Shown: piece after piece, positions 13,197-27,334 of the stretch | How the letters are laid out: each line of letters opens with the position of its first letter | Numbering within the stretch: position 1 is the stretch's first letter | NCBI GenBank assembly: GCA_951406725.2 | Contig: OX597826.1 | Location: 42,718,001 to 42,782,000 of the forward strand | Direction of reading: 5' to 3' | DNA length: 64,000 bases | Origin: Octopus vulgaris | Lineage: Eukaryota | Notes under the pieces: model-generated | The model's database searches: none | What the model was told of the DNA's origin: nothing | Seen by the model: only the letters and a program-made list of their open reading frames with translations | Program-made: the position numbers and the translations under genes

Positions 13197-14311
13197 TTGG
13201 GTTATTCCGTAAATAATGCGAGTTTTTTTATACTTCTTTTATTTTTCAAAATTAAGAGAAAGTTCTTTTTTAATCTAAGATATACTCTCCTTCATTTTCT
13301 ACAATGCGGTTTTACCTATCTGGTAGACTTGCAAGGCCCCACTTCCAAAATTCATTTGTCTGTGACAAATAATACTCCTCCAGTACTGTTCTGACCTCAT
13401 CGAGCATTTTCTTGTTGGAAGAACACCTATCGTCTTCAAACCAAAGATGGCCATTTTTCTTCTAGTGCTGACTTAAGCCACCCAAGCAGCATGAGTTGCT
13501 TAAATCTCCTTTGTTATCATTTGGTTTGGGTTTAAAAGTTCAAAGTGGACAAAACCTTTCACATCCCACCAAACGGATAACAACGCCTTACGTGGGTGAA
13601 GACCTTCTTTAGCCCAGGGTGCTAGTGTTTCTCCTTTCCCTACCCACTGTCTTTGGCACTTGACATTTTTACAGAGAACCCATTTCTCATCACCAGTCAT
13701 TATTTGGTCCAAAATAGGTTCATTTGTGAGATGTGACAGCTAAGAAGAGCGTTCACTCTTTGCACACGATTAGACTCAGAAAGTTTGTGAGAAATCCACT
13801 GACCTAATTTACTGACTATTCCAATGTCACGCAGATGTCGATGAATGGTTGCATGGTCAAATCCAAGCTTCTTTGCTACTTCCTCAACAGTTACAATGGG
13901 ATTTTCATGCACCAGGGTTTGCAGGTTGTCCTCGTCAAGCTCTACAATTCTTCCAGGACAGGGCTTGTCTTCTAGGCTGTATTTTCCATATTTTCTCGAA
14001 CCACCATTGACACTAGTTTATGCTTATTGTCCAATCCTCATGTATTGCATTAATATTCCTCACACTTTCTGTTGCATTGTTGCCTTTATTGAACTCATAA
14101 AGCAAAATATGCTGAATATGCTCCTTTATCACTTCCATTATAGCTTTGAAAAAAATAACTGTTAAAATCGAACTGCATTCTTCAAAACTTGCACTAAAAA
14201 TAAGAAAAAGGTAAAATTACTACCTGCTTTTATAGCAAGTTGATGCAGGTAGTTTATCCTACCCCACTCCGACTTTTAGTTCATGCAATTGAAAAGATTG
14301 CATTATTTATG
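13197..14311 (-). pseudogene. Fossil mariner transposon
   Basis: HTH region, IMTGDEKWV, GLHPRKALLSVWWD; partial TIRs TAAATAATGC / GCATTATTTA. Confidence 0.9.
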
Positions 14312-14931
14312 TGTGTGCATATGTATGTATTTATATAAATATAAATAAATATATATATATATATATTATACACACATACATACGCAACAGACTTCTTTCA
14401 GTTTCTGTCCACCAAATTCATTCACAAGGCTTACGTCAAGCCAAGTCTATAGCAGAAGACACTTGCTCGAGGTGTCATATAGTGGGACTGAACCCGGAAC
14501 CATGGTGGTTGGGAAGCATACTTAACACAGCCATACCTGCACTTATATATATATTCAAACGTGTGTGTGTGTGTGCATACATACACTATTTTATTGAAGC
14601 TGAAAAAACTTCTGCCACCCATATAAACATCCATGCCAACAATCTGTCCTAGTATCACCAAACCTGGTTACTCCCACAGAAAAGCTGTTGCTACTGATGT
14701 GTTAGTTCTCCACTAACTGGAGACAACACTCTACTTTGCCATGTGTTACAGCAAATGCAACAAACTGATGTCACCAGGTAAACCATAAAATAGTGGTGAC
14801 AGCTGCCTACCTACATCCATGTGGGCCTAAGAATAAAGAATATAACAGATGTCACTTCCAAACCAGTAATAAGACATGTCCTAAGTTGAGGCCTAATACC
14901 TACTATAGCCCTTTTGAATTTGTTTTATAAC

Positions 14932-16300
14932 ATCATCATCATCGTTTAACGTCCGCTTTCCATGCTAGCATGGGTTGGACGATTTGACTGAGGACTGATG
15001 TACCAAGTGGCTGCACCAGGCTCCAATCAGATCTGACAGTTTCTACAGCTGGATACCCTTCCTAACGCCAACCACTCTGAGGGTGTAGTGGATGCTTTTA
15101 TGTGCCACCAGCACAAGGGCCAGTCAAGCAGTACTGGCAATGGCCACGCTCAAATGGTTGTTATTTACATGCCACCTTCACAGGAGCCAGTCCAGCGGCA
15201 CTGGCAACGACCTCACTTGAATGTTGTTTTTCATGTGTCACCGGCACAAGTGCTAGTAAGGCAATGCTGGTAACGATCATGCTCAAATGGTGCTTTTTAT
15301 GTGCCACCGGTATGGAAGCCAGTCAGCTGCTCTGGAAACGATCATGCTCAGATGGTGCTCTTAGCGCTCCACTAGCAAGGATGCCAGTCATCAAATTTGA
15401 TTTTGATTTTGATTTCACTTGCCTCAACAGGTCTTTGCAACCAGAGTTTAGTGTCCAATGAAGGAAAGATACACATAAGTGGGCTGGTTACACCCCTGGC
15501 ATAGGCCATGGGTTAAGGTCTCACTTGGCTTGCCGGGTCTTCTCAACCACAGCATATTTCCAAAGGTCTCAGTCACTAGTCATTGCCTCGGTGAAGCCTA
15601 ATGTTCAAAGGTTGTGCTTCACCACCTCATCCCAAGTCTTCCTGGGTCTACCTCTTCCACAGATTCCCCCAACCGCTAGGGTGAGGCACTTTTTCACACA
15701 GCTATCCTCATCCATTCTTGCCACATGACCATACCAGCGCAATTGTCTCTCTTGCACACCACATCTGATGCTTCTTAGGTCCAACTTTTCTTTCAAGGTA
15801 TTTACACTCTGTCAAGTGTGCACACTAACATTACACATCCAGTGGAGCATACTGGCTTCATTCCTTGCGAGCTTACGCATGTCCTCAGCAGTCACAGCCC
15901 ATGTTTCACTGCATGCGTCATACAGTCTACCTTTTATTCTGAGCGAGAGGCCCTTTGTCACCAGCAGAGGTAAGAGCTTTCTGAACTTTGCCCAGGCTAT
16001 TCTTATTCTAGCGGCTACACTTTCAGCACACCCTCCACTGCTACTGACTTGGTCACCTAGGTAATGGAAGCTATCAACTACTTCTAGTTTTTCTCCTTGG
16101 AATGTGGTGGAAGTTGTTCCCTGCACATTTTCAGTGTTTATTGCTCCTGAGCTTCTGCCACATACAAAAACTATCTTCCCAGTTAGCCTTCCTTTGATAT
16201 TGCTGCACCTCTTATGTGTCCATAGCTTACATTGGGTACACCTTACAGAGTTTCTACCCATGCCTTTTCAAGCAGGGCCATCTACCTGAAGGGATTTGTG
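14932..16300 (-). mobile_element. 5'-truncated RTE LINE
   Basis: ORFs 15812-16261 and 15605-15796 homologous to the RTE C-terminus including the Cys-rich finger; (CAT)n tail at the left end. Confidence 0.9.
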
Positions 16301-16303
16301 GTT

Positions 16304-16347
<44 letters not shown>

Positions 16348-16898
16348 TGGCTTTGTGGTTGGGGTGTTGGCCTCTCATGATCATATGGTTGTTAGTTCAA
16401 TTCCTGAACCAAGCAACATGTGTTCTTGAGCAAGGCATTCATTTCATGTTGCTTCCGTCTATTTAGCTAAAACCAGGTACCAGCTGAGTGCTAGTGCAGT
16501 GTTCTTTGTTTCTCCAGCTGTTACGTCTTTGATGTTCCAGCTCTCTGGTTTGCCAATTCAGGTCAAACCATCTAACCCATGCCAGCATAGAAGATGGATG
16601 TTAAAGAATGATGATGATGTACTTATTCTATTGAGCTTAGAGGGATAAAAAAACAACAAAAAAGCAAAGCAAACCTAATCAGGATGTGAACTTATTTGGT
16701 TGCCATTATGTGACATTAACTACTTTACTGCTACAGGTTGTAAACCAATACTCTTCAATGACAACAGAAACAATTAGCATGGACAGTTAACACATACACA
16801 CACACACACAATTAGGTTAACTGTTTTTGTGTTGGGGGGGGGACTATAATGTAAAGTTTATGCACTATTTATCAACAAATTTCTATTTCAATTGCCAT

Positions 16899-17395
16899 AG
16901 GCGCAGGAGTGGCTGTGTGGTAAGTAGCTTGCTTACCAACCACATGGCTCCAGGTTCAGTGGCACCTTGGGCAAGTGTCTTCTACTATAGCCTCGGGCTG
17001 ACCAAAGCCTTGTGAGTGGATTTGGAAGACGGAAACTGAAAGAAGCCTGTCCCTCTGCGGGCGGAGAACTTTTTTTTCCCAGGTGGTGCTATTAAGTTAG
17101 ACATGGCCTGGGCCAATAATGGCCGAAACCTATCAAAGTATCAAAGTATATATGTATATATATATATATGTGTGTGTGTATATGTTTGTGTGTCTGTGTT
17201 TGTCCCCCAACATCACTTGACAACCGATGCTGGTGTGTTTGTGTTCCCGTAACTTAGCAGTTCAGCAAAAGAGACCGATAGAATAAGTACTGGGCTTATA
17301 AAGAATAAATCCTGGGGGCAATTTCTTCGACTAAAGAGGGTGCTCCACCATGGCTGCAGTCAAATGACTGAAACAAGTAAAAGAGTAAAGAGAGT
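16899..17395 (+). mobile_element. SINE family A with ~100-bp internal insertion
   Basis: Head and tail match family A; foreign segment at 17050-17148. Confidence 0.8.
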
Positions 17396-17787
17396 ATATC
17401 TTTAACATCCTGTCATTAATATCATTATACACATTTCAATAATCAAGAAACATGTAACAAACACCATATATATACATATACAGAGAGAGAGAGATGAACT
17501 GGTAATATTAGATCCTAAATGCATTACATTGCATAACTGAAGTTTTAAAAGGAACTTGAACTACAATGTAAGAAGGTATGAAATTTGCAGGAATAAAAAA
17601 AAAAATTTTTAATTACCCACGTACACACACACACACACACACTTCCTTTTGTTAAATGTTAGGATGAACAGGCACCTATCATTTAAATCTACTAATCTCA
17701 ATGATCCATAGAATGGAACTTAACCCTGCTTTTCATACTGTTACATGATACATGGCAAACCTGAGCTAGGCTAGGATGTAAACATAT

Positions 17788-18176
17788 AGGCGTAGGAATG
17801 GCTGTCTGGTAAGTAGCTTGCTTACCAACCACATGGTTCAGGGTTCATTCCCACTGCGTGGCACCTTGGGCAAGTGTCTTCTACTATAGCCTCGGGCCGA
17901 CCAAAGCCTTGTGAGTGGATTTGGTAGACAGAGACTGAAAGAAGCCCGTCGTATATATGTATGTATGTGTATATGTTTGAGCCTGTGCTTGTCCCCCCAA
18001 CATCGCTTGACAACCGATGGTGGTGTGTTTACGTCCACATAACCTAGCAGTTCGGCAAAAGAGACCAATAGAATAAGTACTAGGCTTACAAAGAATAAGT
18101 CCTGGGGTCGATTTGCTCGACTAAAGGTGGTGTTCCATCATGGCCACAGTTAAATGACTGAAACAAGTAAAAGAGT
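17788..18176 (+). mobile_element. SINE family A
   Basis: Full copy. Confidence 0.85.
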
Positions 18177-18899
18177 ATATATATAATTTCCTCAGAATAG
18201 TTTTGTACCCATTTCTCCCATTAAATGAACAAAGGTAATGTAGAGGGAACTCTCAGGTTGAAATACAATTATAACTAGTTTGAACTAAAATCGTGTTATG
18301 CAGTAGTTTATACCTCATCCAATTGACCATGTTTTGCCTCTATTAAATTTTATGAATGGCCACATACATATAACTGTCTTGTTTCAGGTGAATGTTTACC
18401 AGTTGTCACTTTCTAATCAATGGCACTCACCTTACATTTTGTTATTTTCAAAACTCGGTGACACATAAAAGCACCATCTGTTCGTGGCCGTTTGCCAGCT
18501 CTGTCTGGCACCTGTGCAGGTGGCTCGTAAAAAGCACCCACTACACTCACGGAGTGGTTGGTGTTAGGAAGGGCATCCAGCTGTAGAAACACTGCCAGAT
18601 CTGACTGGGCCTGATGAAGCCTTCCAGCTTCACAGACCCCAGTTGAACCGTCCAACCCATGCTAGCATGGAAAACAGACGCTAAATGATGATGATGATGT
18701 GTGCCTCCTACATCTCCTTGCTCGTTAAGTCAGCTTATTGGTTATATCTACACCAGTACTATGCTAACAACTTATAACAAATTGTACTGCACCTGTGACA
18801 AATCTAATAGCTAAATGGGTGTGACCTTACTATCTCCTTAGGTAAGCTTCTCCACATCTCTCACACAACCAAAACTTTCAATCCTCAAATCTCTAAGTA

Positions 18900-19125
18900 G
18901 TTCACTTGCAGCTGTACTGGTAAAAACGAGGCAATTTCTACTCTTCTCCTCTGGAAGCCATCTACTCGCGATACCAGAGGGCACACACTCTCCTACCCTG
19001 ATGTAATCTCCAGGGATACAGGCATCCAGCAACAAGACCTCCATAATGCTATGATGGACCGTGAAGTCTGGCGTAGCATGGTAAATTCCATTGTCTCGAT
19101 CATGGTCGAACAATGATGATGATGA
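18900..19125 (+). mobile_element. 3' end of a second RTE-like LINE family
   Basis: LLLWKPSTRDTRGHTLSYPDVISRDTG..AMMDREVWR followed by a (TGA)n tail. Confidence 0.75.
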
Positions 19126-19481
19126 CAGGTAAAAAATACTGGAAGAAGGTCTCCATGAATAACAACTCTTGGGAAGTAAGACAGTTCATAATGTCATGAA
19201 ATGCATGAAAATATCCTTTGGTTTCTTGATATTCCTCTTGCAGGGATTATGATGGTGGGCTCGGCAATTGAATGAGAGTAAGATAACAAGCAGCATCTGC
19301 AACTGTACAATACAAGGCAACTTGCACATGCAGACAATTGTTTATTTGGAAGACAACCCCACCACCCGAAATGCAAAGAAAACAACAACAAAAAACTCAA
19401 TTTTCTTTACTCTTCAGTACTGTATAATCTTTCTCCAACTTCTTCATTTTTTTTTTATTGCCAGATGCCTGATGACTGATG

Positions 19482-19543
<62 letters not shown>

Positions 19544-19739
19544 ATGAGGGAGATAAATTGAATATTAATTTAATTAATATCATATGGCCGACCACATAGT
19601 GGTTTGCCCTTCAAATATACATACATATATATATATATTTATATATATATATATAAAATTTAATAACAGTTTCACTCAGCTCCATGGCAACTTATCTGTG
19701 TGCGTTTAAATATGTGTATACATGATATATATACATAAG

Positions 19740-20040
19740 TGAAGGTTCATGGCTCAGTAGTTAGAGTGTTGGGCTCACAATCATGAAGTAGTGAGTTTGA
19801 TTCCTGGACCAGGCTGTATGTCATGTTCTTGAACAAGACAATTTTCACATTGCTCCAATTCACTCAGTTGTAAAAATGAAAGTTGTATTGACCTTTGTAT
19901 TTCCCTTCGATAATATCAGTAGCATGGAGAGGGGAGGCATGGGTGACTGCTGGTGTTCCATAAACAAGCTTGCCTGGACTTGTGTCCAGAAGAACTTTCT
20001 AGGTGCAATCCTATGGTCATTCATGACCGAAGGGGGTCTT
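19740..20040 (+). mobile_element. tRNA-derived SINE, family D
   Basis: TGGCTCAGTAGTTAGAG ... GAGTTTGATTCC head; 3' part matches the reverse copy at ~24630-24830. Confidence 0.65.
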
Positions 20041-20144
20041 ATATATGTATAAATATATATACATGTATATATGTGTATATATATATTTACACATATATAA
20101 TTACATATATATATATATATAATTATATATATATATATAATTAC

Positions 20145-20183
<39 letters not shown>

Positions 20184-20937
20184 CATACATATATATACAC
20201 ACAAACTTCCATGAACAAAAACTATATGTTAAATACATAAAAAGTCGCCCCATATTATATGTATTTGAGTGTGTATTATATTTGAGGCTGGGTAATGTGC
20301 CATAACTTATTACAAAAATAAGAAAGTTTTCAGATTAACCTTTTCATTATCTTTTTTATCTTTATATTATCTTTTTTCAATTAGTTTTGAAAATAACAAA
20401 AAAAAAATGATTAAATGGAACATGAATTAACATGAAATTTTAATTTAGATTACTTTAAGATGGGAAGTTTGTTTCATAGGGCCAAGGGCGGTTTCAGGCA
20501 GGTTGGTATCTAAAAGGTTAATCCTTTGTCTGTGCATGTATATTTTTAGTAGAGGTAGGAGAGCTCTTGGTCCACCTTGAAATTGTGGACCTTCCGGTGA
20601 CAAAGCCTCTAAAGACCTATCCCAAACAAACAAATGAAGAAAAAAAAAATGGCTTGCATTCTTATGACCAGAACAATAATTTAATTTAGTAACTTCATTG
20701 CACACTAATGAATTTACAAAATTTTAAAATAAAGGCATTGGCATAACTGTGTGGTCACAGACACAGGCATGGCTGTGTGGTAAAGAAACTTACTTTGCAA
20801 CCACATGATTTCAGGTTCAGTCTCACCCTGCAGCACCTTGTTTCTTCTACTGTAGCCCTAAGCCAACTAATGTCTTGTGAGTTAAATATATATATACATA
20901 TATGTGTGTGTGTTTGTGGCTGTGAGGTAAGAAGCTT

Positions 20938-21160
20938 GCAGTGAGCTGGCAGAAACGTTAACACGCCAGGTGTAATGCTTAGCGGTATTTCGTCTGCCAT
21001 TATGTTCAAATTCCGCTGAGGTCGACTTTGCCTTTCATCCTTTCAGGGTCGATAAATTAAGTACCAGTTACGCACTGGAGTCAATGTAATCGATTTAGTC
21101 CCTTTGTCTGTCCTTGTTTGTCCCCTCTATGTTTAGCCCTTTGTGGGCAGTAAAGAAATA
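20938..21160 (+). mobile_element. SINE family B (Meta-domain-like core)
   Basis: GAGGTCGACTTTGCCTTTCATCCTTTC core; copies at 39338-39568(-), 47547-47770(-), 53558-53787(+). Confidence 0.8.
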
Positions 21161-22339
21161 AGAAGGTTGCTTCCCAACCACTTGGTTCAGGGTTCAGTCC
21201 TACTGCATGGTACCTTGAGCAAGTGTCTTCTACTATAGCCTTGGGCCGACCAAAGCCTTGTGGGTGGATTTGGCAGACAGAAACTGAAAGAAGCCCATCA
21301 TATATATGTAAATATTCATGTGTGTGTGTGTTTCTTTCCCACTGCCATTGCTTGACAACCAATGCTGGTGTGTATATGTCCCTGTAACTTAGCAATTTGG
21401 CAAAGAGATCAATAGAATAAGTACTAGGCTTACAAAGAATAAGTCCTGGGGGCGATTTCTTCGACTTTAAGGCAGTGCTCTAGCATGGCTGCAGTCAAAT
21501 GACTAAAACAAATAAAAGAATATATATATATATACATATATATATATCCAGGGAATGGCATTAGACATTTTGGAGATCTTTTGCTTGTGCTTGACATCAT
21601 TGCATTCTCACATTCCTGAGCCTGAAATCCATACTGGTACTAGATATCTTGTGTTGGCCTGTGTCTGGATCATGTCAATAGGTTGGAGAGGGTCTCTGAG
21701 ATATCATGCAAGCCTTATTGGACCTAAAATTTTGCACATCTTGTATGAGTATTGCTGCTTGAGTACACAATGATCCTCCTGAGTCACCAGTGGACAGCCA
21801 TCGTGTATATCATCGTGTCTTTGTGTTTCTATGTGTTCCCTCACCACAATCTGGTGTTGGCCTGTTTATATCCCTGTCACTTAACAATTTGGCAAAAGCC
21901 TACGAGAATAAGTATCAGACATAAAACAATAAGCACTGTTCAACTAAATCCTTCAAGGCAGCACTCCAGCATGGTCACAGCCCAATGACTGAAACAACTA
22001 AAAGATCTCATGCACATACAACACACCTCTGGTAATTAAAAAGGTATTCACCCCTAGTAGAAGGCTCTTTATTATTGCATCGATCCTTTAGATTCTAACT
22101 GGGCAGTTTACAAGCTCAACAAGCTGTGACACATTTTATTACACACAGAGAAAACAGAATTTATTAACATACAGCAACAACAGAAACAATTCTATACCTG
22201 TCTCTTGCTCGTTAAATATTTATAAGACAGAAATGATAGATGACAGAATAGCATTTTGTCTATGTATATATATGTCCCTCGTTGTGGATTTGATGGAATT
22301 TGGTTGCTATATCTAGTAGGTCAAGAGACTTATTCCTTA

Positions 22340-22480
22340 GCATGAAGTGTAGCTGTGGATATTGTTCAAAGAACAATTAGAGAAATTTTTATCTGATATA
22401 CCAAATGAACCTACATCATGGAAAGAAATGTAAAGAAAGGCAGCTGTGTCCACCTCATTACATTGCCAGCACCGATTCTG
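22340..22480 (+). pseudogene. CR1/L2-group LINE 3' terminal fragment
   Basis: FKEQLEKFLSDIPNEPT..RKAAVSTSL resembles the conserved ORF2 C-terminus. Confidence 0.55.
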
Positions 22481-23669
22481 GAGATAGGGTTGAGAAGTGA
22501 CTCTAAAATAAGCAAGCATTAGCGCTCATGATGGTGCCCCAGCAAGACACAGCCTCTGGCTGAAATTGATAAAATAACAATATATATGGAGAGAGAGATG
22601 CACATGTTGGATGTTTGTATTATCTGTGCTGTGTCTGATTGATTGTTCATTAACTTTATGATTAAAAACAGTCCAGCTGTGATCATCCCACCTTTTCCAG
22701 ACTAACCAGATATAACTTTTCTTTAAGTTGATAGAATATGATTTGGAAGAGATAATTACTATTATTTCTAATAGGTCTAAGCTTCCTCGTTGCCTCATCC
22801 TGTATGCTGTGTAATTGTATCTTATGTTGTATGTGTGTATGCATCGTGTCTATACATATACAGTGTGTTTAGGTATCAGACAACTACGCACACTATGATG
22901 TGTTAGCTGGCCAAAACTTCAAAGTTACTGTCAACAAGATTCTTGTTTAAGAATAATAAAATTTGTACTGGTAGTCTGAAAATGGCTTAGCTGGCCAAAA
23001 CTTCGAAGTCATTGTCACGAGTTCAGTCCCACTGTGTGGCACCTTGGGCAAGTGCCTTCTACTATAGCCTCAGGCTGACCAAAGCCTTGTGAGTGGATTT
23101 GGTAGATAGAAACTAAAAGAAGCCCATCGTATATGTGTGTTTGTCCCTACACTATCACTTGACAACCAATGCTGGCAGCTTTATGTCCCCATAACTTAGC
23201 AGTTCAGCAAAAGACACCGATAGAATAAGTACTAAGCTTACAAAGAATAAGTCCTGGGGTCGATTTGTTCGACTAGAGGATTGAAACAAATAAAAAAATA
23301 ATAAAGATAGATAGATGTATTGTTTGCCTTACTGTATATATGATGAGCGTATATGTGTCTGTGTGTGCATCTGCGTAGCTAATAAGTAGTGCAATTTCAA
23401 TAGGAAACTGTTTATATTTACTTGTAACTATGTCTTATCAATATTCTATTCTTCCTTGACACTCTGAGATTCTCGGCAGGAAATAAATTTATCATTAATG
23501 GTTGTCAGGAAATGTTGTTTTGTCTGTGTGTTGTCTAGAAGCTTGTTTAGATAGATAGATAGATATGTGTATCCTGTCAACTATGGTAACAGCAAACACA
23601 CACACACACAAAAAAAAACACATGTAAACATGACACATACAAAGACAACACAAATACATAGAAACACAT

Positions 23670-23731
<62 letters not shown>

Positions 23732-24201
23732 TGATGGGTTTCTTTCCGTTTCTGCTTATGAAATCCACTCACAAGTCTTTGGTGAGCCTAGGGCAAAAGT
23801 AAAAGACTTTGCCCAAAAGGCCATATAGTTGGACTGAACGTGAGAACTCATGGTTAGGAAACAAGTTCCTTAACCACACGATCATACCTGCCCTTATTAA
23901 GAAATATTTATGCACAAGTTTAGTATGCATCGAAAACGATGGGGTTTATTTGGGAGTGGAATATATTATGCAAACATACATTTTCGGTTATGGTTTGTAC
24001 GGCACAGGCATGGCTGTGAGGTAAGAAGCTTGTTTCCCAACCACACGGTTCTGGGTTCAGTACCACTGCATGGCACTTTGAGCAAGTGTTTCCTACTATA
24101 ATCTTTGGGCCCGCCAAAGCCTTGTGAGTGGATTTGGTAGATGGAAGCTGAAAAAAAACCTGTTGTGTATGTGTGTGTGTATATATCCATATATAAACAA
24201 A

Positions 24202-24594
24202 CTAGCAGTATCGCCCGGCGTTGCTCGGGTTTATAAGGGAAATAACTATATAAGCATTTTTAGAGATGTAAAGTATAATAGCCATCTCAATATGGCTAAC
24301 CACAAAGGGGGGGGGGGGGGTTACTGCAGCTTTTTACGTTCTGAGATTTAATAAATTTTTAGAGAGTTACTTCCCTTATATATACCAAAAATGCATTAAA
24401 AATGGGAAAAATTGATGGTAAATTTTTTTTTTTAATCGTAGACTCTTCATAGACGCGCGCTAATACCCAGAAGGGCTCGATATGAATCACGACTATAAGA
24501 TACCCGGTTTTGGTTAAACTGCACCGCAAAATGTGGGAGTAGTTAGGAATCTAAATCGTAGGAGACAGACAGCACACAACCTTATATCCGTAGA
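24202..24594 (-). mobile_element. Non-autonomous Helitron
   Basis: Minus strand: A|TC start, 3' hairpin CCCGAGCAACGCCGGG then CTAG|T end. Confidence 0.8.
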
Positions 24595-24844
24595 TACATA
24601 TGTATATACATACACAATATATATATATATTGTGTGACCCCTTCGGTTATGAATGACCAAGAGATTGCACCTAGAAAGTTACATTCCAAGGCACGAGTCT
24701 GGGCAAGGTTGTTTATGGAAGACCAGCAGTCGCCTATGCATACCAGCCTCCCCTCTCCCTGCCACCGATGTTATCCAAGGGAAAGGCAAAGGCCGATACA
24801 GCTTGACACCAGTGACGTCGCAGCTCATTTATCAACGGGCAAGT

Positions 24845-25120
24845 AGCCGAGCATTTCACAGACACATGTACCCTTAATATAGTTCTCGGGGAGATTCAGC
24901 GTGGCCCTTTGAAATACAGGTACAGCAGAAACAGGAAGAAAGAGAGAAAGTTGTGGTGAAAGAGTACAGCAGGGTTCACCACCACTCCTTGCTGGAGCCT
25001 CTTGGTGCTTTTAGGTGTTTTTGCTCAATAAACACTAACAATGCCCAGTCTGGGAATCGAAACCGCGATCCTACGAGCGCAAGTTTGCTGCCCTAACTAC
25101 TGGGTCATTGCACCTCCACT
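24845..25120 (-). mobile_element. tRNA-derived SINE, family C
   Basis: Reverse copy of the 30528-30830 head and body. Confidence 0.75.
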
Positions 25121-26967
25121 ATATATATATAAATTTTTTTTTATATATTATTATATTAATATAAAAAAAACTTTTTGTATAAGTTTTTACAGAATATTGT
25201 TCTTTTCCATACTGAAACTACTTATCTTTTATTAAACTTTTAATACTTTTGATATATATTTAAAATAATATAAATTAATTAATTTTATGTTTTGGCTTTT
25301 TTCATTGTTTTCATTGTTTGATTTGCCTAATAGTGGTTTTATCTCTAATTTAATATAATATAATATTTTACTATAAAATTGGATTCAATCCTAAATCTGA
25401 TTTTTCCCTGTAAGTTTGGATTTATTCCCTAATATTTTATTATATACATATATATATACACACACGCACACAAATATTTGTATATATGGTGAGTGCAAAA
25501 CTTCATCAAGCTGGAATTAGTGAACCTTAGGTGCCTAGTATGCTTTCAATTAATTCTGGCTTGACAAATCTTAGTACATGCCAGCAAATTTATTTTTTGC
25601 TGTTTACTCATAAGAACAGCAGTTCTTAGCAGGTTATGAACAAGTGATTCATAATCCTGCTTGGTGTGTTTTCACAATTTACAAGGTAAAATTCTCCTCC
25701 ATGGCAGTGAAGGTCTTTCTATGTTTTGAGTGAACATGCATGGACATTTTACTGTGAATTTCAGACTGCAAGACAGGGGCTTCCTCTGTATTGTCTTGAT
25801 ATGACTTAGTTTCTATCTGTTCTCATTTTAGAATGACCTTATATTCTCTGCCTTTTCTCCTTTTAACATTCCTCTACACTCCACAATAATTGCAAATCCA
25901 AGTTTTCTACAAAGGTTCTATCTCATTCTCCCGCTGACAATGGAATAGATCACTGCTATATCTCGTTTTCCTTCCGATGATGGAATGAATCACTGCTAAA
26001 TGGAGAGCTACCACTTCTTTTGTACAAGATGCACCATCTTTGCACCTTTTCTTAAAACATGCACACTTGTTTGCTTCCTCCTTATGATCTATACTCATGT
26101 AGCAACTCAACCATTATCTTTAAAGATATGAATGCCAAATGCCATAATTTAAACTGATGCCAGTTGTTTTGCCTGGTTATACTTTTATCCTATTAGTAAT
26201 CTATCTATACATATATATATATATACACACGTGTGTGTTTATGTATATGTACAAGTATATTTATTTTGGTTGTTTATGTCTAAATATGTTCTACACAAAA
26301 TATAAGGTCATGACCCATTTATTTGTTTGTGTTCTTGGATGTGTATATCTGTTTCATAACTTAATTCCTAAGACAGTTACAAGATAGATACCTTAATATC
26401 CAAAGCTCACATGACCATTGTTCTCAACAATCTTTTTCTGTATTGCTTCTCTTTCTTTTCCCTGTTTTCTTTAATTCCTTTTCTTTTCTCCTTTTCTCTC
26501 TCTCATTTATCTCAATATACTTATAAAAGATTCTTGTCCTCTATTCTACTATAAGCATTTTCTTCTATGAGTGTTAATGTAATAAAGTATTTTCTTGAAG
26601 AAGTGCTGTGGATCAGCATTCAGATGCACTATTAACACTGCTTGCAGATGTAAATAGTGAGAATGGTAAAAACTTGTGTAGGAATCAAATGCTATAAATT
26701 GCTGGTGGTGTTTAACCTATTTTGTCCAATATTTGCTCTATATCTAATAACTAGTAATACTGCTAGATGATACTGTGTGACACTGTAGGCGTCTTCTGCT
26801 ATAGTCTCGGGTCGACCAAAGCCTTGTGAATGGATTTGGTGGATGGAAACTGAGAGAAGTCTGTCATGTAAATATATATATATATGTATTCAAAATGTGA
26901 CCGCGTGTGTACTGTTGGCGATTTTTTGTCCTCCGTCTTCCCTTCTTTGGATCTTTCCTTTTCTTAT

Positions 26968-27002
26968 GTTTCTGATGAAGAGCTCCGCTCGAAACATTAA
27001 AC
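26968..27002 (+). ncRNA. Minimal type I hammerhead ribozyme (canonical core)
   Basis: GTTT-CTGATGA-A-GAGC-TCC-GCTC-GAAA-CATT-AAAC; stem III probably CpG-decayed from AACGTT. Confidence 0.7.
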
Positions 27003-27334
27003 CCTCCTGCTTTCCTGAGCATCCAATAATACTATACTTGTTCCACGTCCTCGTGTTGTGTTTTCATGTTTGGATTAACTATATATATATATATATATAT
27101 ATCAATCATCATTCTTGTTTAACATCTGGTTGAACGGTTTGACTGAGGTATGGAGAGCTAGTGGCTGTACCTGGCTCCAATCTGATCTGGCAATGTTTCT
27201 ATAGCTGGATACCCTTCCTAAAGCCAACCACTCTGAGAATGTGGTGAGTGCTTTTTACATGCCACTGGCACAGGAGCCAGTCTGGTGGGCCTGGCATCGA
27301 CCACATTTAGATAGTGCTCTTTACGTGCCACCGT

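Noticed and set aside
19860-20240. ORFs rich in YI/IY/CV repeats (and many similar ones, e.g. 23495, 51788, 61290)
   Set aside because: Translations of (TA)n/(TG)n microsatellites and SINE bodies
22903-23017. 31-bp direct repeat, 84 bp apart
   Set aside because: Only two copies; likely a local duplication with no functional evidence
25500-26150. Possible piggyBac-like or other transposase remnant
   Set aside because: No diagnostic motif recoverable; multiple stops
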